A stretch of DNA of 64,000 nt from an uncultured virus (IMG/VR IMGVR_UViG_3300035199_000776) (lineage: Duplodnaviria > Heunggongvirae > Uroviricota > Caudoviricetes). Shown in pieces: positions 29,424-39,571 of this stretch; within the stretch, counting starts at the first letter, position 1; every line of letters begins with the position of its first letter. Location: the IMG/VR virus record IMGVR_UViG_3300035199_000776; one strand, written 5' to 3'. The notes below the pieces were generated by a model. It worked only from the letters and a program-made list of their open reading frames with translations. It searched no databases and was not told the DNA's origin. Made by a program: the position numbers and the translations under genes.

Positions 29424-31222
29424 TACCGAACCGTCCCGTTAATATCTGTTAGAGGAAATTTGACTTCAAAAACTACATTCTCAGGAGGAACTATTTTTCT
29501 TCCGTCAGTTGTTGTATATCTTTTCATATTAAGAAAATCACTAGAATATTCAGAAGTTCTTTTGTTGGTAAATTTTACATTAATAACATCCGATACCCCG
29601 TCTACACGATTTAAAATTGAATAAACATCATATACATTGATCGGCTCACCTAAAAATAATGCTCGATTATATTCTGTTCTTACCCTAAGCAGAGTCGCGT
29701 CTAAGACCTCAAACTTATTATAAGGTTCGGATACCATAATATCAAAATCAATTCCTATATTGACTATTCTACCGTCTAAAATATCGATAGTATCGTTGAT
29801 CATCTTATAGCGACTTAACCAATTTTTGATATTATACTTCGTTGTGGCATTGGACAAGGAAAATTTTCCATTCGCGTCTTCTGAGAGAACATAGAGATTT
29901 ATGTTTCTTTTGAGTGAATCGGGATCCCGAACAGTTCGAACTCTCTTGACGGATCCGAATCTAGAATCTAAATGATAGACAAGCGCTTCATAATCTTGTG
30001 CTGTAACAGCGCGGTTCTGTGTCGCGAAATGATCGAGAGCAGAACGCTTAATATCATCGAGTGCTGGGAGAAACTGGCCGGCATTGATTGGTTCTTCATT
30101 AAAACATTCTAGCGAACCTAAAATATCTTGTTGAACTGTTGTCGAAACTAAAAGAGGATTTTTAAAATCCAGTATAGGGCGAGTAACATTTTTGACTTGA
30201 CCAACAGCAACGTTTGTTGAAAGACTAGAATTTTTACGAAGCTTAATTGTTAAAGTAGTATTTGCTGGGCCTATCCCAAACTTATCATTACCAACTAGAT
30301 TACTTGGATCAAACGTTTCGTCCGTTACAAACTCTCGTCCGAACCTTTCCATCACCACCGTAGATGGATCTGGTATTGGATTATTAGACAGAGTTGTTTC
30401 CGAGCCATGGCCAAACACCAGCGATAAGCCGGTTCTAGTTTTCTCGATCATAAACCTTCTTGGGACAGCAAAGGGTATAAGTAAGGCCGGTGTTTGTTCT
30501 TTTGTTGTGGGATCAACATTAACTTGCGGTCGGTATACAAGATCTTGCGATAAATAATCAACTTCGAAATATTCATTTCCGTCAGCATCAAAAACAGAAA
30601 TAATCTCTGTGATTGAGGCATCAGAAATCATTACCTTTCTAAATTTCTGGAAGGTGCCGATTGTTTGTTCGATGGTTTCGAATTGACCGGAAATAACGTC
30701 GCCGAATGCCTTAACGGCATAGCTAGAAACATTACCGGTGGTATCATCGATTCTAGCAGCCACCACTTCATTGCTAGGATCATCAAATCTAACATCTTGT
30801 GTTAAAATAAAAGAAGTTCCGGCGGTGGATCCAATAACACTATTTCGTTTTAAGATGGGCAAATAATTTGAATTTGGGCCCAGGCCGAGAGCATTTGCGG
30901 GAACAATTGCGTAGATCGCTACTTTTCCCGTAGCGCTTGGGGATCCTTTATATTTATAGCCTAATTGCTTTGCTAATCTTAGCGCGTTTTCGTAGTCATT
31001 AGATGTGGCCAACAAGGATTCATTAAACTGATAGTCGAGATAAAAAGATAATAAATCACCAACATAAGCCACAGAATCCAAAAGAAGAGAGCCGAAACTT
31101 GCTTCGGTAAAATCTTTTATTGTATCGGGATAATATCTCTTCGCATATGCTATAAGTTCCGTCTTTACGGAAGCAAAATCTTTTTGTGTATAATCTATGG
31201 AAACAAATTTCTTATTACTCAT
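29423..31222 (-). CDS. Baseplate wedge subunit, T4 gp6 / baseplate J-like
   Basis: DYTQKDFASVK...DFTEASFGSLLLDSVAYVGDLLSFYLD...RLAKQLGYK and QNRAVTAQDYE motifs; adjacent to gp25. Confidence 0.9.
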   Translation of the reverse strand: MSNKKFVSIDYTQKDFASVKTELIAYAKRYYPDTIKDFTEASFGSLLLDSVAYVGDLLSFYLDYQFNESLLATSNDYENALRLAKQLGYKYKGSPSATGKVAIYAIVPANALGLGPNSNYLPILKRNSVIGSTAGTSFILTQDVRFDDPSNEVVAARIDDTTGNVSSYAVKAFGDVISGQFETIEQTIGTFQKFRKVMISDASITEIISVFDADGNEYFEVDYLSQDLVYRPQVNVDPTTKEQTPALLIPFAVPRRFMIEKTRTGLSLVFGHGSETTLSNNPIPDPSTVVMERFGREFVTDETFDPSNLVGNDKFGIGPANTTLTIKLRKNSSLSTNVAVGQVKNVTRPILDFKNPLLVSTTVQQDILGSLECFNEEPINAGQFLPALDDIKRSALDHFATQNRAVTAQDYEALVYHLDSRFGSVKRVRTVRDPDSLKRNINLYVLSEDANGKFSLSNATTKYNIKNWLSRYKMINDTIDILDGRIVNIGIDFDIMVSEPYNKFEVLDATLLRVRTEYNRALFLGEPINVYDVYSILNRVDGVSDVINVKFTNKRTSEYSSDFLNMKRYTTTDGRKIVPPENVVFEVKFPLTDINGTVR

Positions 31223-31243
31223 CTGTTGGTTCTCGCCTCTGCT

Positions 31244-31254
31244 ATTAAATAGTA
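31244..31254 (-). promoter_or_regulatory. Putative late promoter TACTATTTAAT overlapping the gp25 stop
   Basis: ACTATTTA core 21 nt upstream of the gp6 start. Confidence 0.5.
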
Positions 31255-31652
31255 AGTTCCAAAGTTAAAAAATCACTAAAAGATTGAAAGGATTTAACGT
31301 TATAGAATATTTTAATATATAAAACGCTACTAAGACTATCGTCTGGAGAGCCGAGATCATTTGTCGGTGTTGATACTTCAATCTTATCAATCATTAAATA
31401 AGACATAAAAATTCTAACTTGTTCTCTTATTTTTTGTTCAATCTGAACCCGGGTTCTTGAGGTCATATTTTCAAATAAATACCTCCTTATCCCCACTCCG
31501 AAAGTGGGAATTTGTATTCTTTCACCCGGAGACGTTAAAATAAGCATCTTTAAGTTTTGTCGAACAACATCTTTTACATCGTCCAATAGCCTATAGGCGC
31601 CGTCGACAGCATCGACCACCAAAGGTATATTTACTCCAAGTCCTTGTGCCAT
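31245..31652 (-). CDS. Baseplate gp25-like protein (GPW/gp25)
   Basis: VRQNLKMLILTSPGERIQIPTFGVGIRRYLFE signature. Confidence 0.9.
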   Translation of the reverse strand: MAQGLGVNIPLVVDAVDGAYRLLDDVKDVVRQNLKMLILTSPGERIQIPTFGVGIRRYLFENMTSRTRVQIEQKIREQVRIFMSYLMIDKIEVSTPTNDLGSPDDSLSSVLYIKIFYNVKSFQSFSDFLTLELTI

Positions 31653-31658
31653 TAAAAA

Positions 31659-34600
31659 TCACTCCTCATCGCAATCATTACCAAACATATCAAACGGTCT
31701 ATCAACTCGAAATCTTCTCTGCCACCAGGGCATTCCGGCTAGCAAATCAGATGGTATTAAGTCCGCCAAAAGATCTTTAAGGCTGGTAGCATTATCTTTT
31801 GAATTCTGATCTCGTGGTTCTATATTTTTATTTCTCGTATTATAGAGAGTCAAAAATGCCTCCATTAATTTCTCGCCGGTGAATTCAAATCCCTGCTTAT
31901 CCCAATTTTTAAATAAACCAAACCCGCCGTATTTACCGCCGGGTGACTCCCAGCGATCTCCGCCATTTTCGGGGCCTCCGGAATTTCCAATCGATTGGTA
32001 AAAAGTGTTTCCAACATAAATAGCGAAAAGGGATAGATACCTTCTATAAGGGAACACATATCTAAATAGAGTTTTAAACTCTGTAGTTTTGATCATTTCA
32101 TTAATTAGGCAAGGCAAATCATATTGATCAATATTAAAACTGGAGAGTAGCTGTTCGCTAACATCCAATTCCGCGTTAACCAGCGGAATCAAAATCTTTT
32201 GACCTTCTTTGCTAGATAAGTTAAAAGCTTTGGTTTCCAGAAGAGTTTTTCTATCGATGGCGTCAACCACTTCTTTAAACGGTTCGGCATATTCGGATTC
32301 AGGATCAAAAAGAATCGAGAGTCTTAAACCAAACTTAAAGCCGGTATTTTTCATTACCTCTACGTTGTTCTCATCGAGTTCAAACTCACCGGGACCAAAA
32401 TAATCGGAAATCATATCACCAAGTTCCATTTTATTTTCGCTCAGTTTTCCATTGATAAAAGCTTGCCAGTCATTAAGATTAATAATGCCTTTTAAATTTT
32501 CATCGCGGTCTAACAGAACGCTGGATATCGGTTTGTCTAAAAATTCTTCTGTGGTTTTATCTTCTATTCTGATATATTTTTCTAGGACGAATGGCCATGG
32601 CTTGGAGTTGCGCCGGGGAGGATCTTCGAGAGCGGGAAAAGTAATGTCCTGACTGCTGAATTTCGCGAGATCGATATTAAAAGCGTTTGGATCTTCCGGA
32701 TCCGACATAACATCATATGGTCCGACATCTTTCACGGCGCCGTTGATAAAGTTGGGATGAGACAAGAATAATAAGTCCATGCTATCCACTTCCGGCTTGA
32801 ACATCTGATTAAGCGTGTCTTTAAATCTTTCAAGCTCCTCTTTAGCATAAATCGAAAATAAAGTCTTTGCGTCCTCTTCTGTTCTGTCTAGAGTGTGATA
32901 AAGAAGGCCCTTTTTAATTCTTTCGGCTCTCAGTTTATCGAAATTAGCCGATCCACGCCCAAGGGTGCTGTGTCTTGTGGCAGCAGAATTAATTGCTCTT
33001 TTAAACATATCTTGTGCTTGAATCGCCTCGTCAGAAAGAATAGCTTCAGTTCCATCATAATCGATATAATATTGATCAACAGTCGCAACTATATTTTCAT
33101 AGGCGTCCTTTTGTTCGGATGAGAGATCTACGTCCGGATCAATAATCCCAGAATCTATCTTTCTAGCGATTAAGTTACCGGCTTCTTCTAAAAAGTTAGC
33201 ATAATAATCTTTTCGCACAACCACTTCACCAGAAACAAATGGGCGGCCGGTGGTTTCATCTGTTATAACATTTCGGCCTTTTGGGCGCCACCATCTTTTA
33301 ATATCAGTTAACTTTATTCTTTCGAGAGTATAGTCACCTAGATAAATCCCCAACAGTTCATCAAAATTATCTTCAAAATTAATCTCGAACTGCGAGATTA
33401 CAGGAAGAATTCTTAACATAAAATCCAAAGCATAGACTCTGGCTGTTACACGAATAACTCCGTCTATTGCGGCAGCAGTCCCCTTGTCGAAAATAGCATC
33501 ATATGGAGCTTCTTTTGTGCAACTAGGGGTGAACTGCATTCTTTTATCTTCTTTTAGTTTACCAGAAAGATCGGCCGAGGCGCTCTTAACGTCTTTGAGA
33601 CTATAAATTGGTACTCTTTTAGGTTCGCACGCATCTCTTTCCGGAAGTAGCTTTTGCATAAAACCTAGCCATCCGTCATATTGCGGCGGTCTTAAATAAT
33701 ATGGTGGAGTATCTTCTGTACCCCCATAAATTTCTGGATCTAATATGTATGCTTTCGGCTCCGCGAGAACGTCATATCCAAATTTAAATGCTTGTGGCAT
33801 TGGCATATTGCGCATCAACACCGGGGAGGAGGCCTCTCCAAATTGGCCGGCCACTTCAGACATCTCGTTATAATCTATAGTACTCATACCACTGCCTTCG
33901 CCGATTCTTTTGGATATTCTTCGAACAAATCCTTCATTAATAAAATCAAAGAAATTATTCATTGTCGCTCTCGAAGAATCATTTAAAATATTTTCTTCCG
34001 CCAAAGAACGCACTGAATCTGGAAAAACTGTTTTAGCTAACCATTTAGTTAAGAATTCTGATTCCCAAGAATATTTAATTTCGGAGGCACTAGTTTCGCC
34101 TAGATGCTGGGGTAGTTCAACATAATTGAAAACATCTTCTGAAGGGATGGAGGAAATTTCTCTGTCGAACACCACGCGATTAAACTTATTGCCCGGGAGA
34201 GGAGAGGCGGGAGGAACTTCTAGAGAATCTAAATTGTCTTGAGTTAAGGCCGTTTGGTCTTCTTTAATATTTGCGCCGGTGCCGGGGAGGCCGACCGGCC
34301 AGTTAAGAGGTTCATCGAAAGGATTGATTTTTTCAATATATACAGTTCTGTATTTATATTTAGAGTCTGAGATTGTATTGCCGTCATCATCTTCTAAATT
34401 CACATCATATGTTAAATCAGAAGCAAACATCGGTCGAGAAAGGCCGCCGTTGGGAGACAATCTTTCCCCATAACTCATATAGGATAAAGAAAGTTCAAAA
34501 GGATTTATTAATTCTAATTCTCGGATTTGGCCGGCGGCGGAATTCCCATAATCGTTGTCGGCGATTTCATCGAACCAGTCAGCCATTTGCTTAGACGTTT

Positions 34601-37600
34601 TAAAAGTATGTACTAAATTGCTATTATAATCTGATGTCGCGCTTCGACGGCCGTAGCCGGACAAACCCCATAACAGCCCATTAACAGAAATATGTTTGTC
34701 CTGCGCAATCGCCGCGGCTATGGCGGCCGCGGCGGCGGCGGCGATGCCTGCGGTGATGGCCATCGAAATGGGATCGGGCGAGAAAGCAAAAGTACTTGCC
34801 GCGCCGGCCACAGCAGCATATTCGCTAGCATCAGCGGCATCTTCACTGGTGGTAGATCCCCTGACTAATATTCTTTTTGCTCGACGTTCGCCGCTAAATG
34901 CGTTTGTAGACATACCGTTGAAGGGCCAACCCATAAATAAAGGCTTTTTACAACCGTCAATCATATCAGCAAAAATAGCTCTTCTTTTTCCAATACTAGG
35001 CTGCGTACCATAACTAAAACTTACTTCAAAAAGAGCATTCCAAGTATCGTCACCAAATTGTATAACTGGGATGGCGGGCTTATCGTTGTCGGGAAACAGT
35101 CGTCGAAGAGTCTTTTCATCGTCGAAGGGGCGCTTACCGTCTTCATCTAGTAGATATGGATTTATAGTATCAACATCGACAAAACTAGAAGCTCCTGCCC
35201 ATTTGGCTATAAAATCTTGTCTTTTTCTAATAACTTTTTCGTTATGTGCTATATCCTCTTCTCGTTTTTTTATCTTTGCGGGATCTTTATGTCGTGTTTT
35301 AAACTTTACTTTTGGTTGGGGTTCGTTTTCAACGCGGTCTTCATCAGAAGTTATATTTTCGACATCGACTAATCCTAATTCAAAAGTTTTTAGTTTCTTT
35401 TGTAAATAAGCAGCAATAGTTGGAGGAAAACCGCCAACAGGATCGAACAAAGACCAAGGCGCGACACCGCCGAAGCCTTCGACCAAGAAAGCAGCACGAG
35501 GTTGTTCAACTCCATATTGATTGATTCGGGCCCCACCGCCGGCGCCGTCTGTAGAGACCTCCACAATCTCGCCGTCGTCGTTGCGAACAACAAATTGCTT
35601 GTTAATACAATCATCCGAATAAAATTGCCATAAGAAATTTTTTGCGCCTATAGGATTACCAAAAAATCCTCCTGCGAAAAATCTATGAGATTTCAAACGA
35701 TAGCCGGCGGTGTCGCTCAATATATTGTTAAGAACACCGTCGGATCCTAATAAATCTAAGACAATGGCGCTTTCAATAGGTCCGAAAATTGCTTCAGTCA
35801 TTAAATCAAAGCCCATCCATTCGGCGGGATCAGTTTTTATTAAGCCGGTAGGAGGACAGTCTCCGCTGGAAAGTAAAGCCGGGAGATCCTTATAAGGGCC
35901 GTCAAGCAACCCAATTAAATCTTTTAATTTATTTGCGGCTTGTTCTTCCAAAAAGTCTATTTGATCTTGAATTTCTTCTGGGGATAGTCCTTTTCCAGAT
36001 AACAGATCGTTTCTTAAACTATTAACGAGATCTTGTGTCTCGGGAGGGCAGACATTCATAGTGGAAGGCATGATAACGTTATCTGGGAAAGCATCAAATA
36101 TGTCTTCGGCACCGACCAAAGTTCCCAAACTACAAAAATAATCCGTCACATTACCGGGATTTCCGAAGATTTCTGCTATACATTCGGATCCTAAATTGAG
36201 TGATAATTCACTAACAATCGCAACTGTTTCCGGAGAAGCTTGACAAAGAAGTAAATTATATAGTTGATTATAAGAAACTGTAACCATCACAGCATCGATG
36301 AAGGCGGCCATTTCTGCTCGTGTTAAGTTAGCAGCGCAATCATTGTCCGGGTTTCCGTTTGAAAGCGCATTTAAGACATTATTAAGCGCATCGGCAAATT
36401 CTTCATCTGATATATCTGGGCAGACGGCATCTTTGAGGGGTAGTTGTGCCGCGTTGGCGCCTATTCCTTTAAGTAATTCACATATGGCGTCTAAAACTGC
36501 TTCTATTATAGCAGTTATCGCCTGTATTAAAAGTTGTGTTGCGATTTCAATTAATATCGGCTCAAGAAATTCCCACAATGCTTTAAACAAAGTTTTTACT
36601 GCGATTGGTCCAATTTCAATTCCGGCGCCTTGGGAGCCACCTGGAGGATCGAATTGCGGAAAGGTTAAATCAAGAACTTTACCTTGACCTAGCTGACACA
36701 GATCTAGATCTAGTGTTTTTAAGAAGGAGTCCATTGGCGGATTAGTGTTCGGCATCATGGGCAACAAACATCCCTTCGCCTCGTCAAGAAACTTATTGAC
36801 TATTGCGAAGCCGGGGAGTTCGTTCAGGTATTCAAATAGAGTATCGATACCCACTACATCCATAATAGCATCTTTAAAAATACTTACTAATTCTTCTTGT
36901 ATATTTCCTAACTTGCTCCCAATACCACTAGGGGAGGCATCTTTCATCCGGTTGTCGTTGAATTGCTTTCTTTCTTCGTTGACTTCTTTTTCGGCATCTT
37001 CTTCTAATTTATCGGGAAAGTCACCGGTGTAAAATTTCTCGTCGCCGATTTGGGCGTGGTATATAGGATCCTCAGACTCTTTGTCTTGTTGAATAAGTGT
37101 CTCAGTTTTCTGCTCTAGTGCCTCTGCTTTATTGAAAGTCTGTGAGGTTGTATAGTCGGCTTCCCAAGGCATAAATACATCAGCAGCAACACCAACGAGT
37201 TCTTTTATAACCTTTTCTAATCTGGCCGCTGTTTCGGGTGGAAGGCTCTGGGTTAATTTTTGCATTTCGTATGGCGTCATACTACTAAGTGTGGCCTCTA
37301 CAACTGCTTTCTTAGCGTCATCGATGCCCATTCCCTGTAAGAGACAGTCCATAGCTTGTAAAATTAATTCTATATATCCACACCAACCACCTAATACTTT
37401 ATCTGTTATTGCTTGAAAATCTTTTAGATCTTTAGCGCCTCCCGCGGGAAGAATTCCCATTTCGGTATTACCAGATTTTTTCTTTATTGCGCTATCTATA
37501 CCACCCACCAACGCAATTGTAAAGGTTTTTGCTAATGACGCGTTTGTAAGGGCCCCGCCGGTATCTTTTAGTTTATTAGCTAAACTTTCTTCAAATTTGG

Positions 37601-39569
37601 ATGTCCAGCCGTTTTCTCTGTCGGCTTTGCGTTTGTCTTTTTTAGTTTTTCGGTCATCTTTGCGCGCTTGGGCCGCGGCATCGCGCTCCTTCTTGCGCTC
37701 CTGTTTGCTCTCGGCGGCATATTCTTTCTTGGCTGCTTCATACGCTTCCGGATCATCGTACCCGGCGGCCGCGGCTTCGGCTTCTTTCCGGGACATACCG
37801 TAATAATCATCCATCAGGTCCGCCTTGACATCTTTCTGTATCGCGGCCCATTCCTTTTCGGCTTGTTTGGCTTCCTTCGCCTGTTCTTTTTCTTCCTTCG
37901 CCAGCGCTCGGGCTTCTTTCTCCGCCTGGAACATTTCGATCATTTCTTCGTCTGGATGACATAACTGTTCTGTAATCGCAGACAAAAACATATCTGGGAC
38001 GCCAAGCAGAGCGTCAAGAAGTTGATTGGCTAGTTGATTAAGGGTCTGATCTTTAATACACCCGAGATCTTCATCGGTCGCAAGTAAATCAGTAGCATTT
38101 CTAATCTCAAGGCCGGGATAAGTAAAAAGTGTTAAGAATTCTAACCAAACAACCGGATTCTGGCCTTGTAAGTAATAATACATGTCCGGGAGTGCGGCGA
38201 CATACCCTAGTGTTCGAGAGCCGGCCGGTACAAAATCCGTAAAGTTAAAAAGATTTCTTATTTCTTCTTGGTCTCTTATTTCGCTGAATGCAAATTTTGG
38301 ACACCCGCGGGCGTTTGCAATTACTTCTTTTATTTTTAATTTGTCTCCATCGCCTTCTTTTTCTAATTGAATAATTACACATTCTAATTTTTCAAGAGGT
38401 ATACTAAGAGCGCGTAATATTGCTGGTTCTAGGAAATTTGTTCGAAAATAACTTAAATAGTGAGCTTCGACTTCGAAATTAATTGCAATCGGATCGCCAG
38501 AAGAACCTATTTCGTGAAACGTGGCCCCCTGGCCGGCCGGGGGCGGCAAATGTGCTTCGGCAGCATATTGATTAGCTCTGGCTAGTTGTCTCGCAACGTC
38601 GTCAAACATAACTTTAAAATCTTTACCAGATATGGTAACTTCGTATGGACAATCAAAATCAATTTTAGGTTTTGACGCCAAAATTCGTGGCGTTCTTTCG
38701 AAGACTTCTACATCAACACTCACCAATGCTTTAGTTGTTAAGTAAGTATCAGTTGGAACATAGTATTGAACGGTAACAGCCGCACTATCATCTTTTAAAG
38801 GAGTTTTTAACAACTCCTCAATAGTATCATATTCTGTTAGAATTCTACAATGGCCCATCATGTAGGGGGGCATGCCCAACTGCATAGTAGTACTACTCAA
38901 TGCATTACTAGCATAACTACCTAGAAGACCGGCGAGATCTCCATGGAAAAGGGACAGCCCAAACTGGAGCGCGCTGTGAGCATCATTAATATCTCCGGCG
39001 CCTGCGGCAGAAGTGTCGCACACCTCGCCGTGCGGGCCAACCTGACCTTCTAGAACATAATGAATTGCTGTTGTTATTTCGCTGCGGCCGTATTCTTTTA
39101 AAAGTGCTCGAACTCCATTCGCTTTGACTAAGTATTCCCACTCTCCGTCTTCTTCGGGCAGGTCATAGATTCCAGCATCCACAACAGTGGAATAGACGCA
39201 TTTAGTGCCATCAAAGAATATAGCTCCATGTGGCTTCTTAAGCCAATCTGGTACAAAAGCAGCAGGATTTTTAATACATGTGGGACATTCTATTTCTTCT
39301 TCGCTTACAGTGATCGGATCACAAAATATCAGATCTTCTTTTCTTAAAGTATCCGAAGCTGGTGGCGGATCATAAAAAGGAGAATCTTCGTCGAGAGAGA
39401 TATCCGGAGGAATATCAAACTCTTCTAAAGAGGGCGGTTCGGCATCTGATGTAAATGGGCTAGCGGCGCGGGCTTCCTGAGCTTTATAGTATGCTTCAAG
39501 ATTGATTGAAGGTTTTTTTGTAAATTCTACTTTGGCTTGAAAACCGTCTGGATTTTTAATATCACTCAT
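31659..39569 (-). CDS. Giant acidic, largely helical hypothetical protein (2636 aa), probable tail/hub component
   Basis: Uninterrupted ORF between gp5-like genes and gp25; charged coiled-coil segment, Ala-rich hydrophobic segment, many Cys. Confidence 0.6.
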   Translation of the reverse strand: MSDIKNPDGFQAKVEFTKKPSINLEAYYKAQEARAASPFTSDAEPPSLEEFDIPPDISLDEDSPFYDPPPASDTLRKEDLIFCDPITVSEEEIECPTCIKNPAAFVPDWLKKPHGAIFFDGTKCVYSTVVDAGIYDLPEEDGEWEYLVKANGVRALLKEYGRSEITTAIHYVLEGQVGPHGEVCDTSAAGAGDINDAHSALQFGLSLFHGDLAGLLGSYASNALSSTTMQLGMPPYMMGHCRILTEYDTIEELLKTPLKDDSAAVTVQYYVPTDTYLTTKALVSVDVEVFERTPRILASKPKIDFDCPYEVTISGKDFKVMFDDVARQLARANQYAAEAHLPPPAGQGATFHEIGSSGDPIAINFEVEAHYLSYFRTNFLEPAILRALSIPLEKLECVIIQLEKEGDGDKLKIKEVIANARGCPKFAFSEIRDQEEIRNLFNFTDFVPAGSRTLGYVAALPDMYYYLQGQNPVVWLEFLTLFTYPGLEIRNATDLLATDEDLGCIKDQTLNQLANQLLDALLGVPDMFLSAITEQLCHPDEEMIEMFQAEKEARALAKEEKEQAKEAKQAEKEWAAIQKDVKADLMDDYYGMSRKEAEAAAAGYDDPEAYEAAKKEYAAESKQERKKERDAAAQARKDDRKTKKDKRKADRENGWTSKFEESLANKLKDTGGALTNASLAKTFTIALVGGIDSAIKKKSGNTEMGILPAGGAKDLKDFQAITDKVLGGWCGYIELILQAMDCLLQGMGIDDAKKAVVEATLSSMTPYEMQKLTQSLPPETAARLEKVIKELVGVAADVFMPWEADYTTSQTFNKAEALEQKTETLIQQDKESEDPIYHAQIGDEKFYTGDFPDKLEEDAEKEVNEERKQFNDNRMKDASPSGIGSKLGNIQEELVSIFKDAIMDVVGIDTLFEYLNELPGFAIVNKFLDEAKGCLLPMMPNTNPPMDSFLKTLDLDLCQLGQGKVLDLTFPQFDPPGGSQGAGIEIGPIAVKTLFKALWEFLEPILIEIATQLLIQAITAIIEAVLDAICELLKGIGANAAQLPLKDAVCPDISDEEFADALNNVLNALSNGNPDNDCAANLTRAEMAAFIDAVMVTVSYNQLYNLLLCQASPETVAIVSELSLNLGSECIAEIFGNPGNVTDYFCSLGTLVGAEDIFDAFPDNVIMPSTMNVCPPETQDLVNSLRNDLLSGKGLSPEEIQDQIDFLEEQAANKLKDLIGLLDGPYKDLPALLSSGDCPPTGLIKTDPAEWMGFDLMTEAIFGPIESAIVLDLLGSDGVLNNILSDTAGYRLKSHRFFAGGFFGNPIGAKNFLWQFYSDDCINKQFVVRNDDGEIVEVSTDGAGGGARINQYGVEQPRAAFLVEGFGGVAPWSLFDPVGGFPPTIAAYLQKKLKTFELGLVDVENITSDEDRVENEPQPKVKFKTRHKDPAKIKKREEDIAHNEKVIRKRQDFIAKWAGASSFVDVDTINPYLLDEDGKRPFDDEKTLRRLFPDNDKPAIPVIQFGDDTWNALFEVSFSYGTQPSIGKRRAIFADMIDGCKKPLFMGWPFNGMSTNAFSGERRAKRILVRGSTTSEDAADASEYAAVAGAASTFAFSPDPISMAITAGIAAAAAAAIAAAIAQDKHISVNGLLWGLSGYGRRSATSDYNSNLVHTFKTSKQMADWFDEIADNDYGNSAAGQIRELELINPFELSLSYMSYGERLSPNGGLSRPMFASDLTYDVNLEDDDGNTISDSKYKYRTVYIEKINPFDEPLNWPVGLPGTGANIKEDQTALTQDNLDSLEVPPASPLPGNKFNRVVFDREISSIPSEDVFNYVELPQHLGETSASEIKYSWESEFLTKWLAKTVFPDSVRSLAEENILNDSSRATMNNFFDFINEGFVRRISKRIGEGSGMSTIDYNEMSEVAGQFGEASSPVLMRNMPMPQAFKFGYDVLAEPKAYILDPEIYGGTEDTPPYYLRPPQYDGWLGFMQKLLPERDACEPKRVPIYSLKDVKSASADLSGKLKEDKRMQFTPSCTKEAPYDAIFDKGTAAAIDGVIRVTARVYALDFMLRILPVISQFEINFEDNFDELLGIYLGDYTLERIKLTDIKRWWRPKGRNVITDETTGRPFVSGEVVVRKDYYANFLEEAGNLIARKIDSGIIDPDVDLSSEQKDAYENIVATVDQYYIDYDGTEAILSDEAIQAQDMFKRAINSAATRHSTLGRGSANFDKLRAERIKKGLLYHTLDRTEEDAKTLFSIYAKEELERFKDTLNQMFKPEVDSMDLLFLSHPNFINGAVKDVGPYDVMSDPEDPNAFNIDLAKFSSQDITFPALEDPPRRNSKPWPFVLEKYIRIEDKTTEEFLDKPISSVLLDRDENLKGIINLNDWQAFINGKLSENKMELGDMISDYFGPGEFELDENNVEVMKNTGFKFGLRLSILFDPESEYAEPFKEVVDAIDRKTLLETKAFNLSSKEGQKILIPLVNAELDVSEQLLSSFNIDQYDLPCLINEMIKTTEFKTLFRYVFPYRRYLSLFAIYVGNTFYQSIGNSGGPENGGDRWESPGGKYGGFGLFKNWDKQGFEFTGEKLMEAFLTLYNTRNKNIEPRDQNSKDNATSLKDLLADLIPSDLLAGMPWWQRRFRVDRPFDMFGNDCDEE

Positions 39570-39571
39570 TC

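Noticed and set aside
17808..39569. Inteins, introns or DGR targets in the giant genes
   Set aside because: No intein splice or LAGLIDADG motifs, no reading-frame interruptions and no reverse transcriptase or template repeat were recognised by eye; a profile search would be needed to exclude them fully.
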